Below, one piece after another: positions 10,129-17,711 of a DNA stretch of 64,000 nt. Both the position numbers and the translations under genes were made by a program. The DNA is from Bacilli bacterium (lineage in GTDB: Bacteria > Bacillota_I > Bacilli_A > RFN20 > CAG-826). Within the stretch, counting starts at the first letter, position 1. Each line of letters starts with the position of its first letter. The notes under the pieces are model-generated. The model was given only the letters and a program-made list of their open reading frames with translations, was not told the origin of the DNA and made no database searches. The stretch lies in the NCBI GenBank assembly GCA_017470115.1, contig JAFUEZ010000008.1, forward strand, positions 104 to 64,103, given 5' to 3'.

Positions 10129-11307
10129 ATGAGAAAAACAAATATTTTATTAGCAGCATGTGGTTTATTACTTTCTAGTTGTTTACTTTGTGCTTGTGGC
10201 TCAAATGAACCAGTAAATCCTGATAATCCTGATAATCCTGATAACCCAGATAACCCAGATACACCTGATACAACTGAAGTTCCTATTTATGAACAAGGCG
10301 ATAAAAAAGCTGTTAATGGTGCAGGATTACTCTTCTTTGAAACGATGGGTTTCAATACAAAAGATGCTTCTATTTTTGAAGAAAACAATGAAAGATATAT
10401 TGTTTATGCTGGTCAAGAAGAAGCAAAAGGTGCTCAAGTATTTGCCGCACGTAAAGGCACATTAAAAGATGGTGCTTGGGTATATGGTGAAAAGAAAGTA
10501 ATCTTAAAGGGTGCAACTGGGGATAGTGCATGGGATAAATTCATTTATCAACCATCAGTTGTAAAAGGTACATTCAAATACAATACAAAAGATTACAAGT
10601 ATTTAATGGCCTACCAAGGAAATAGTGACGGAAGTAACTTCAATAATAATATTGGTTTAGCCGTTTCAAATGATATTCTTGGTTCATGGGAAAGAGTTGG
10701 TACAGCTCCACTAATTAAAAACCCTGAAATTTATGAAGCTTCATATGGATTTGGTTCACCAATTCTTTTAAACGTCGATCAAAAAGGTTCACTTTTAATC
10801 GCTTATTCATTTGGTGAAACTTTACTTTCAGGTGAAAGAGTTAAATCACTAAACGCTCTTGATTTAAATTCACCAGTTCTTGAAAGTGGTTATGCTGAAT
10901 TACCAACTGCAGGATTACTCGGTCGTGATGATGGAATTATTACAAATGCTGGATTAGCATTAGGCAAAAATAATGATTTCTATATTGCAAACGATGGAAT
11001 GACTTCAAGTAACGCACCTGGTAATGCTACATCATTTGAAGTTGCAAAAGCAGGTTCAGGTCTAATTAGTGATGTTTCAACAACATGGGCACAAATTAAA
11101 AAAGTAACTGGAAATGATACAATCGATCCAAAAAATACTGAATCCTTAGGTTGGGATGAATTATGTTCTGCAGATTTTGTAACTGATGCTTATGGAAGAG
11201 TTGATGATACAAAAGAAAAACTCGAAATAGTTTATACTTCATTTAATGAAGGTGTAGGCGATGCAGCTTATAGTGGACAACTTTGTTCAATCGAGGTCGC
11301 AAAATAA
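10129..11307 (+). CDS. Lipoprotein with Pro/Asp-rich stalk and beta-propeller glycoside-hydrolase-like body (paralog 1)
   Basis: Lipobox LLCACG. (PDN)4(PDT)2 linker. Shares YQPSVVKGTFKYNTKDYKYLMAYQG-type blocks with the other two paralogs. The DPS/GPW-type signatures are reminiscent of the GH43/GH32 propeller clan. Family assignment is tentative. Confidence 0.5.
   Translation: MRKTNILLAACGLLLSSCLLCACGSNEPVNPDNPDNPDNPDNPDTPDTTEVPIYEQGDKKAVNGAGLLFFETMGFNTKDASIFEENNERYIVYAGQEEAKGAQVFAARKGTLKDGAWVYGEKKVILKGATGDSAWDKFIYQPSVVKGTFKYNTKDYKYLMAYQGNSDGSNFNNNIGLAVSNDILGSWERVGTAPLIKNPEIYEASYGFGSPILLNVDQKGSLLIAYSFGETLLSGERVKSLNALDLNSPVLESGYAELPTAGLLGRDDGIITNAGLALGKNNDFYIANDGMTSSNAPGNATSFEVAKAGSGLISDVSTTWAQIKKVTGNDTIDPKNTESLGWDELCSADFVTDAYGRVDDTKEKLEIVYTSFNEGVGDAAYSGQLCSIEVAK
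10219..10272 (+). repeat. Six tandem 9-nt units (cctgataat-like) encoding the (PDN)4(PDT)2 linker
   Basis: Tandem units were read directly in the sequence at 10219-10272. Confidence 0.8.
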
Positions 11308-12551
11308 TGAAAAATAAATACTTAGCTTTAATAAGTTTAGTATTTTTAACTGCTTGTACATCTGGAGGTGGTTCAACATCTCCAGATGAACCAACTGATC
11401 CAGACACTCCTTACGTTGATCCAGATACTCCTCAAGAAAAACCTGTATCTTATATTCCTGATGTAGGGGAAGTTAGGTTACTTTTTTCAACCGGAGAAGC
11501 TGGAAAAACTCAAATTTATAATTATTGTCCTTCAATATTTATTGAAAATAATGAAGAGCATGTTTATTTTTGTACAAACAAAGATGAAGGAAATGTTACA
11601 GATTATGTTGGATATCGAAAAGGCACAATTTCTGACAATAAAATCAATTTCCCTCTTCAAAGTGATTTTGTTTTAAGTCATGGAACTAGTTCGACTAGCT
11701 GGGATTATCGTCACGCTTGCGATCCTAGTGTCATTAAAGGTGAATTTAAATTTCATGGGGAAACTTATAATTATTTAATGGCATATTTAGGATGTGTTCC
11801 TAGTGATTGTACTTTAAATGAAACAGGTATTGCTGTTAGTAAATCTCCACAAGGTCCATGGATTAAATGTGATTTTAAAGAAGATGGTGTTACCAAAATT
11901 AATCCAATAGTTCCTTATAAAGATTTCCAAGTTGGTGAAAATAATTGGGGAACAGGTCAACCTTCATTATTCTCAGTTGATAAAAAAGGAAGAGTAATTT
12001 TACTTACGACAGTTGGCGCTCAAAATGGCACATTTACCAATGCAAGAGAATATGATTTTTCTGATATTGATAATTTTAAACTCATTAGAGAGAAGAATAA
12101 TCTCCCAATAGATGGTATTAAGGGAACAAGAACTGGAGCCTCATTTATTAATAATGCTGACTTTGGTTATGATTATCAAAAAAGAAGAGTTATTTTAGCT
12201 AAACCAAGGCAATTCTTTGGAACAGATGGAAAATCTCCAGATTTTATTGCTGATACGATAGATGTTTATTATATCGACGATACTGAAGGTAGTGGAGTTG
12301 GTGATATTCTTTTTGCAGGCAATAATACTGTTAAAATCTGGAAATCAATCGGTTCAATAGATTCTAAACTAACTGGATTTTTAAGAAACCATAATTGTGG
12401 ATTGATTACTGATGCTTATGGTGGAATTGATTCAAGTCTTAATTTAGGAGTCGCATTCACCAGAAGTGATGAAGCTAGCGGAAATAACTGGACTTATCTT
12501 TCAACTTATAGAATTTATGCTACTGCATTTAATTTCCCTAAAAATTATTAA
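11307..12551 (+). CDS. Lipoprotein, beta-propeller glycoside-hydrolase-like (paralog 2)
   Basis: The ATG at 11307 overlaps the upstream stop (taATG) and has GAGG 10 nt upstream. Lipobox LTACTSGG. P/D/T-rich linker. Blocks NYCPSIFIENNEEHVYFCTN and ACDPSVIKGEFKFHGETYNYLMAYLGC are shared with the 14149 gene. Confidence 0.5.
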   Translation: MKNKYLALISLVFLTACTSGGGSTSPDEPTDPDTPYVDPDTPQEKPVSYIPDVGEVRLLFSTGEAGKTQIYNYCPSIFIENNEEHVYFCTNKDEGNVTDYVGYRKGTISDNKINFPLQSDFVLSHGTSSTSWDYRHACDPSVIKGEFKFHGETYNYLMAYLGCVPSDCTLNETGIAVSKSPQGPWIKCDFKEDGVTKINPIVPYKDFQVGENNWGTGQPSLFSVDKKGRVILLTTVGAQNGTFTNAREYDFSDIDNFKLIREKNNLPIDGIKGTRTGASFINNADFGYDYQKRRVILAKPRQFFGTDGKSPDFIADTIDVYYIDDTEGSGVGDILFAGNNTVKIWKSIGSIDSKLTGFLRNHNCGLITDAYGGIDSSLNLGVAFTRSDEASGNNWTYLSTYRIYATAFNFPKNY

Positions 12552-12573
12552 TCAATCAGTATAAAATCTATAT

Positions 12574-13278
12574 ATGGCAAAAAGTTTTGAACAAAAATTA
12601 AATAGTCCATTCTATAAATATTCAAAGAGAGTGGTTGATTTAGTAGCTTTAAATATAATTTTTATACTAATGTCAGCCCTTTCTTTGATGGTATTGTTCT
12701 TTCCAGGATTAGTAGCTTTACATACAGTCATCTTTAACATGGTGCATGAAAAAGATATTCCTCCTTATAAGACATTCTTTTTAGAAATAAAAGAAGAGTG
12801 GAGTTTTTGTTGGAGACTTGAAGTCTTAGGCATGAGTGTTTTACTTATTACTGGGACGCTAATATATTTTGATTTAGTTTACATCAGAGCAACTGAATAC
12901 AATTTAATAGCATGGTTTTCGTTGGTTTTTGTAATTTCAGTCTTTATTATATTATTTATTGTTTATGAAAATTTGATTGTCTTTAATAATTATTTTAAAG
13001 ATGACACATTTAAAATGATGATTAAAAAATCTGCATTAATTTCTTTAAAAAGGAAGTGGATGTCAGTATTAAATTTAATTATCTTTATCGTATTTGGAGT
13101 AACTCTTTTCATCTTTCCTTATATAATTCCTTTTATCTCTTTTACAGCATATATTTATATCGTAGAAACTTTATCTAGAAAGAGATTTACAGAAATAGCT
13201 GTTGAAGAAAACGAGAGAGCTCTAATGGCGGAAAATTTATTTCTTCCAATGGTAATTGAGGAGCAAGATTCAAAATGA
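12574..13278 (+). CDS. YesL/DUF624-like polytopic membrane protein
   Basis: N-terminus FYKYSKRVVDLVALNIIFILMSALSL followed by several transmembrane helices. This matches the YesL-type proteins that commonly accompany LplABC-type transporters in Firmicutes. No obvious SD. Confidence 0.5.
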   Translation: MAKSFEQKLNSPFYKYSKRVVDLVALNIIFILMSALSLMVLFFPGLVALHTVIFNMVHEKDIPPYKTFFLEIKEEWSFCWRLEVLGMSVLLITGTLIYFDLVYIRATEYNLIAWFSLVFVISVFIILFIVYENLIVFNNYFKDDTFKMMIKKSALISLKRKWMSVLNLIIFIVFGVTLFIFPYIIPFISFTAYIYIVETLSRKRFTEIAVEENERALMAENLFLPMVIEEQDSK

Positions 13279-14156
13279 AAAATATCTTAGTAGTTGGTTC
13301 GCTTAATATGGACTACACAATTTATGTAGATGAATTTCCTCTTGAAGGGGAAACAATTTATGGTGTAAATAGATATATTCAACCAGGAGGTAAAGGAGAA
13401 AATCAAGCTGTTGCTTTATCAAAATCTAAACTTGTTAATTCTCATTTACTTGGTGCTATTGGAAGCGATAAAGATGGTAGTGAAATCGCAAATGTTTTAA
13501 AGCAAAATAAGGTAATTTCTCATTTAGTTATTAAAGAGAATGCAGAAACTGGAAACGCCACAATTACGGTAAACGGGAAAAGTGAAAATGAGATAATAAT
13601 TATTGAAGGAGCAAATGGAAAACTTTTGCCAAACGATATTGATATATCTTTAATTGAAAAAGTTGATGCTGTTTTGCTTCAAAACGAGATTCCAGAAGAA
13701 ACAAATGCTTATGTTATTAAAAAAGCTAAAGAATTAGGTAAAGTGGTTTTTTATAACCCAGCTCCTTATAGAAAAGTTAGCGATGACATTTTAGCTAAAG
13801 TAGATTATTTATTACCTAATCGAGTTGAATTTAAAAAATTGACTGGAGAAGATGATTTAGCTATAGGCGCAAGAAAATTATTAGATTTAGGAGTTAAAAA
13901 TATTCTTGTTACTTTAGGGACTGAAGGATCAATTCTTTTTAATAAGAATGAGAAAATAAAAGTCAATGCTTATAAAGTTAATGCAATTGATACTGTTGCA
14001 GCTGGAGACACTTTTATTGGTTATTTTGTTGCTAATTTAATTAATGGGAAAAGTGCAAAAGAAGCCATGGATAGAGCGTCAAAAGCAAGCTCAATTTGCG
14101 TTTCAAGAAAAGGAAGTTTAATATCAATTCCTTTAGGAGAAGAACTCGATGATTAG
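13275..14156 (+). CDS. rbsK: Ribokinase (PfkB family)
   Basis: GG motif region GGKGENQAVA. C-terminal AAGDTFIGYF anion hole and catalytic Asp motif. 293 aa. RBS GAGGAG. Confidence 0.85.
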   Translation: MKNILVVGSLNMDYTIYVDEFPLEGETIYGVNRYIQPGGKGENQAVALSKSKLVNSHLLGAIGSDKDGSEIANVLKQNKVISHLVIKENAETGNATITVNGKSENEIIIIEGANGKLLPNDIDISLIEKVDAVLLQNEIPEETNAYVIKKAKELGKVVFYNPAPYRKVSDDILAKVDYLLPNRVEFKKLTGEDDLAIGARKLLDLGVKNILVTLGTEGSILFNKNEKIKVNAYKVNAIDTVAAGDTFIGYFVANLINGKSAKEAMDRASKASSICVSRKGSLISIPLGEELDD

Positions 14157-15390
14157 TAAAAAACCTTGCAAAACCCTTATATTTTCCTTGCTTTTTGCTG
14201 GTTTCTTATCGCTTTCTAGTTGTGGAGGACCTTCAAATAACAACAATAAGGAAGATGAAACTATGGCAAAAGTTAAAGGTGATGTAATGCATGATTTTTT
14301 ACCTGAAGTAGGTGAAGTAAAATTACTTTTTAAACATTCAAGTGAAGAAACCGTTGGTGATGATGGAGAAGATTATTTTTATAATTATTGTCCTTCAATT
14401 TTTATAGAAAATAATAAAGAACATATTTATTATTGCACTAACAATAATCGGGGAACTGTAATTGATCATATCGGGTATAGAAGTGCAGAAATGGAAAACA
14501 ATATTTTAATCTATTCAGATGAAGATATTGTTTTATCACCAACTGCAGATACATGGGACCAAACGCATGTCTGCGATCCAACAGTTATAAAAGGTGAATT
14601 CAAATATAATAATGAAGATTATCCTTATTTGATGGCTTATCTTGGTTGCGTACCATTAAATTGTAAATTAAATGAAACTGGAATTGCTGTTGCTAAGTCT
14701 CCTAATGGTCCATGGATTAAATGTAATGGACTTAAAGTTGATGGAGAAACAAAGATTAATCCAATTGTTCCTTATAGTGACTTTCATTGTACAGAAACTA
14801 ACTGGGGAACTGGTCAAGCTTGTTTGATGAGTGTAGATAAAAAAGGTAGGGTTTTACTTTTTACAACAGTAAGTGCCCCAGAAGGTGGCTTTACTGATGT
14901 TAGAGAATACGATTTTTCTAATATCAACGATTATAAACTCATTAGAGAAACAAAATTATTTAAAGATGGCGGAACACAATATGGTACAAACTGGATTGGA
15001 AACGCTGAATATTGTTTTGATTCTAAAAATAAGAAATTTATCATGTCGAAACCAAGAGGTGGATATGGAAAAGATGGAGAATATCCAGATTTTATAGCCG
15101 ACACAATCGATGTATATTATGTTGATGCATCAAGTTATGAAAATCCTTTTGATATTTTCTTTGATGAAGCAAGAAGCGAGAAGTGGAAATACATCAATTC
15201 TATAAATAAAGAATTATCTGGATATCCTAGAAATCATAATAATGGTATGGTGACTGATGAATATCAACATTTATATAGAGAAGGAAAAATCGGAGTTGCA
15301 TTTACATCAAGTCAATATGGCACGATATCAGCTATGACTTATTTAAAAACTTATAGAATATTTTTAACAACATTTGATTTACCTTATTAA
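14149..15390 (+). CDS. Lipoprotein, beta-propeller glycoside-hydrolase-like (paralog 3)
   Basis: Lipobox LSSCGG. Blocks NYCPSIFIENNKEHIYYCTN, VCDPTVIKGEFKYNNEDYPYLMAYLGC and SPNGPWIKC are shared with paralog 2. Confidence 0.5.
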   Translation: MISKKPCKTLIFSLLFAGFLSLSSCGGPSNNNNKEDETMAKVKGDVMHDFLPEVGEVKLLFKHSSEETVGDDGEDYFYNYCPSIFIENNKEHIYYCTNNNRGTVIDHIGYRSAEMENNILIYSDEDIVLSPTADTWDQTHVCDPTVIKGEFKYNNEDYPYLMAYLGCVPLNCKLNETGIAVAKSPNGPWIKCNGLKVDGETKINPIVPYSDFHCTETNWGTGQACLMSVDKKGRVLLFTTVSAPEGGFTDVREYDFSNINDYKLIRETKLFKDGGTQYGTNWIGNAEYCFDSKNKKFIMSKPRGGYGKDGEYPDFIADTIDVYYVDASSYENPFDIFFDEARSEKWKYINSINKELSGYPRNHNNGMVTDEYQHLYREGKIGVAFTSSQYGTISAMTYLKTYRIFLTTFDLPY

Positions 15391-15540
15391 AGCACCTTGA
15401 TTAAGCTTTTTAAAATTGAAGTTTTGAAGTTTTTTAAACTTATTAGTTTTTAGTTTGATATATTATTTTATTAGATTAATATTTAATTCAATTACTAAAT
15501 GAATTAATGTAAAATATTTAAGAATTAAAGGAGGGTCGAT

Positions 15541-15885
15541 ATGCCTAAATATTGTTCAAATTGTGGTGCAGAATTACATGAAAACGATTCATTCTGTGCA
15601 AGTTGTGGTGCAAAGATTGATAATAATCAAATATATATGGGAGATAGTAAGAAAAAAGAGGAAGGCAAGAAAACTCTAAGAACGGTTGCTTTAGTTTTTA
15701 TGATTATTAATACAGTAATTTTTGGTTTTGCACTTATTCCTTTAGCATGGATGATTCCTATGTGTATTCATGTAAATGAAAAACTTAAAACTGGTGAAGA
15801 AATAAGTATTGGCTTTAAAATTTGTACATTACTTTTCTGCAGTACGATTGCAGGAATTCTTTTACTTGTTGATGATTTAAATTAA
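15541..15885 (+). CDS. Zinc-ribbon membrane protein (114 aa)
   Basis: N-terminal CxxC-x14-CxxC (CSNCGAELHENDSFCASCGAKI) followed by two or three hydrophobic helices. RBS AAAGGAGGG. Confidence 0.6.
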   Translation: MPKYCSNCGAELHENDSFCASCGAKIDNNQIYMGDSKKKEEGKKTLRTVALVFMIINTVIFGFALIPLAWMIPMCIHVNEKLKTGEEISIGFKICTLLFCSTIAGILLLVDDLN

Positions 15886-15910
15886 TTTAAAATTTATCAA
15901 ATTTAAAGAA

Positions 15911-15936
15911 AAAAGCCTCGTTTTAGAGGCTTTTTG
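15911..15936. terminator. Bidirectional intrinsic terminator between convergent genes
   Basis: Hairpin AAGCCTC-gtttta-GAGGCTT flanked by an A-run and a T-run. Confidence 0.7.
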
Positions 15937-15951
15937 CTTTAAATTGAGAGT

Positions 15952-16656
15952 TTATTGTATTTTTGTATCGCAATAATTTTGATACGCAATAACAACATTT
16001 TTCTTTTTAGAGCGAGATATTTGAAGCTTTTCAGTATTGTTCATTATTGCGTATCCATTTTCAATTGAAGTTATGTATTTCATATTTACGTAATAGCATT
16101 TATTAATCAAAACAAAAGAAGGAGAAGCAATTTCATCCATTAACTTTTTAAGTGAAGTATAAGTTGTATATGTTTTGGTGATTGTATGAATTTGACATAG
16201 ATGAATTGATATTTCAATGAATGTAATATTTTTGATCTCTATATCAAAGACATCTTTAGAGCTCTTAATCGAAATCTTTCGATCTTCACAAAATTGCTTA
16301 TATTTAAACAATCGTTTTAATGTATCTTCGATTAAGTTATAAGGTAGAGTTATTGGAAGATAATCAAAAGCAGATACTTTATATCCTTCAATTGCATAAG
16401 TTTTTGCATCAGCTAAAAAGATAATTGGTGTTTCTAGATTCTTTTCTCTAATCTTATGAGCTAAATCAAATGCTTTTTGATCGTTGTTAACAGGAATAAA
16501 AACTATATCATCATTTTTTAGTTCATTTAGATTGGCAGGAAGTTGCTTCTTTAACTCAAAACTAAAATTAAAGGCATTTTCTTCCTGAAATTTATTAATG
16601 GAATTTTTTAATGAGTCTAAAAAATTAATGTCGTTAGTTATCAGGTAAATTCGCAT
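15952..16656 (-). CDS. LytTR-family DNA-binding regulator with aspartate-less (pseudo-)receiver domain
   Basis: The C-terminal LytTR domain and the N-terminal receiver-like domain are clearly paralogous to the response regulator at 23691-24404. The phospho-acceptor position reads FIPVNN instead of FLDIKL, and the acidic pocket reads ITND instead of VEDD. Confidence 0.7.
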   Translation of the reverse strand: MRIYLITNDINFLDSLKNSINKFQEENAFNFSFELKKQLPANLNELKNDDIVFIPVNNDQKAFDLAHKIREKNLETPIIFLADAKTYAIEGYKVSAFDYLPITLPYNLIEDTLKRLFKYKQFCEDRKISIKSSKDVFDIEIKNITFIEISIHLCQIHTITKTYTTYTSLKKLMDEIASPSFVLINKCYYVNMKYITSIENGYAIMNNTEKLQISRSKKKNVVIAYQNYCDTKIQ

Positions 16657-16700
16657 GTTTTTATTATATATATTAATTTTTCTTGAAAAATTTAAACGGA

Positions 16701-16730
16701 TTACCGATGGTGATGTGAATTTGACCGTTC
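16701..16730. promoter_or_regulatory. Candidate LytTR operator: imperfect 9-bp direct repeats TTACCGATG / TGACCGTTC separated by 12 bp
   Basis: The repeats sit in the divergent intergenic region between the orphan LytTR gene and LRR-lipoprotein/GH3 cassette 1. The 21-nt periodicity is typical of LytTR sites. A second, weaker copy (ATACCGATA-N12-TGACATTTT) lies at 16777-16806. Confidence 0.4.
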
Positions 16731-16918
16731 GTGAAAAAATAGAGATAATTATGCAAATTTAAATACAAAAGTTGCAATACCGATAATGATTTAAATTTGA
16801 CATTTTGTGATTGATTTTGATATCTCTCTTTATTTTGTAAATATAATAACGACGTTAAAGCCGCTCTTTATGAGGGCGAACGTTTTAATCGAATAATAAA
16901 AATATTAAGGAGGGAATT

Positions 16919-17647
16919 ATGAGATTAACAACACGCAGTGCACTTTTAGGTGTCGCTTTATTAATGGCTTCAGTTACAAGTTGTGGTGGTAATAACGCAG
17001 CAAAAGAAATCGATTATGCTGAAGGTTTAACACCATCAAAAGGATTAGCTTTCAAACTTAATTCAGAAATCGAAGGTGGTTTCTCATTTGGAAAATACGT
17101 TGAAGGTGAAGAAGATTATTATGTTTGTACAGGTGTTGGTACATGTGAAGATGAATATATTGTCGTTCCATCAACATATGAAGGCAAACCAGTTAAAGCA
17201 TTAGGTGATCAAGCTTTCACATCAAAATCAGCTCCAAAGATGAAAGGTATTACACTTCCAAATTCAGTTCAAGCAATTGGTTCACTTTGTTTCAGAAACT
17301 GGGATGGTTCATATGAATACATTCACGCTAACGGAATTAGAGGTTATGGTGATGGTTCAGTCACAGCTACATTAGAAGATACATTTGTCGCTTCTCAAAA
17401 AACAGTTTACATTGCAAGTATGACTTTCTTCCATGGTAAAGAAGGTGCTTCAACAAAAGTTTGGTTACCAAAGACAGTTCAAACAATCGATGCAAGTGTT
17501 TTCCTTGATACCTCATATAAGAAAGTTTTATTTGAAGGTTCAGAAGAAGATTGGAAGAAGATTACATTCTCAGCAGGTGAATTCGATGGCGAAGGCGTTG
17601 AAATCGAATATAACGTTGCTTATCCAGGAATCCAATCAAAGAAATAG
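16919..17647 (+). CDS. Leucine-rich-repeat (BspA-type) surface lipoprotein
   Basis: Lipobox VTSCGG. LRR-like segments. The C-terminal EEDWKKITFSAGEFDG tail is shared with the paralog at 24699. Confidence 0.6.
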   Translation: MRLTTRSALLGVALLMASVTSCGGNNAAKEIDYAEGLTPSKGLAFKLNSEIEGGFSFGKYVEGEEDYYVCTGVGTCEDEYIVVPSTYEGKPVKALGDQAFTSKSAPKMKGITLPNSVQAIGSLCFRNWDGSYEYIHANGIRGYGDGSVTATLEDTFVASQKTVYIASMTFFHGKEGASTKVWLPKTVQTIDASVFLDTSYKKVLFEGSEEDWKKITFSAGEFDGEGVEIEYNVAYPGIQSKK

Positions 17648-17662
17648 AAAACTAAACTTATC

Positions 17663-17696
17663 GAGCAATGAGCAGTTTTGTTCATTGCTTTTTTTA
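17663..17696 (+). terminator. Intrinsic terminator between the LRR lipoprotein gene and the GH3 gene (cassette 1)
   Basis: Hairpin GAGCAATGA-loop-TCATTGCTT followed by TTTTTTT. Confidence 0.65.
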
Positions 17697-17711
17697 TAGG
17701 AGAGATAATAA

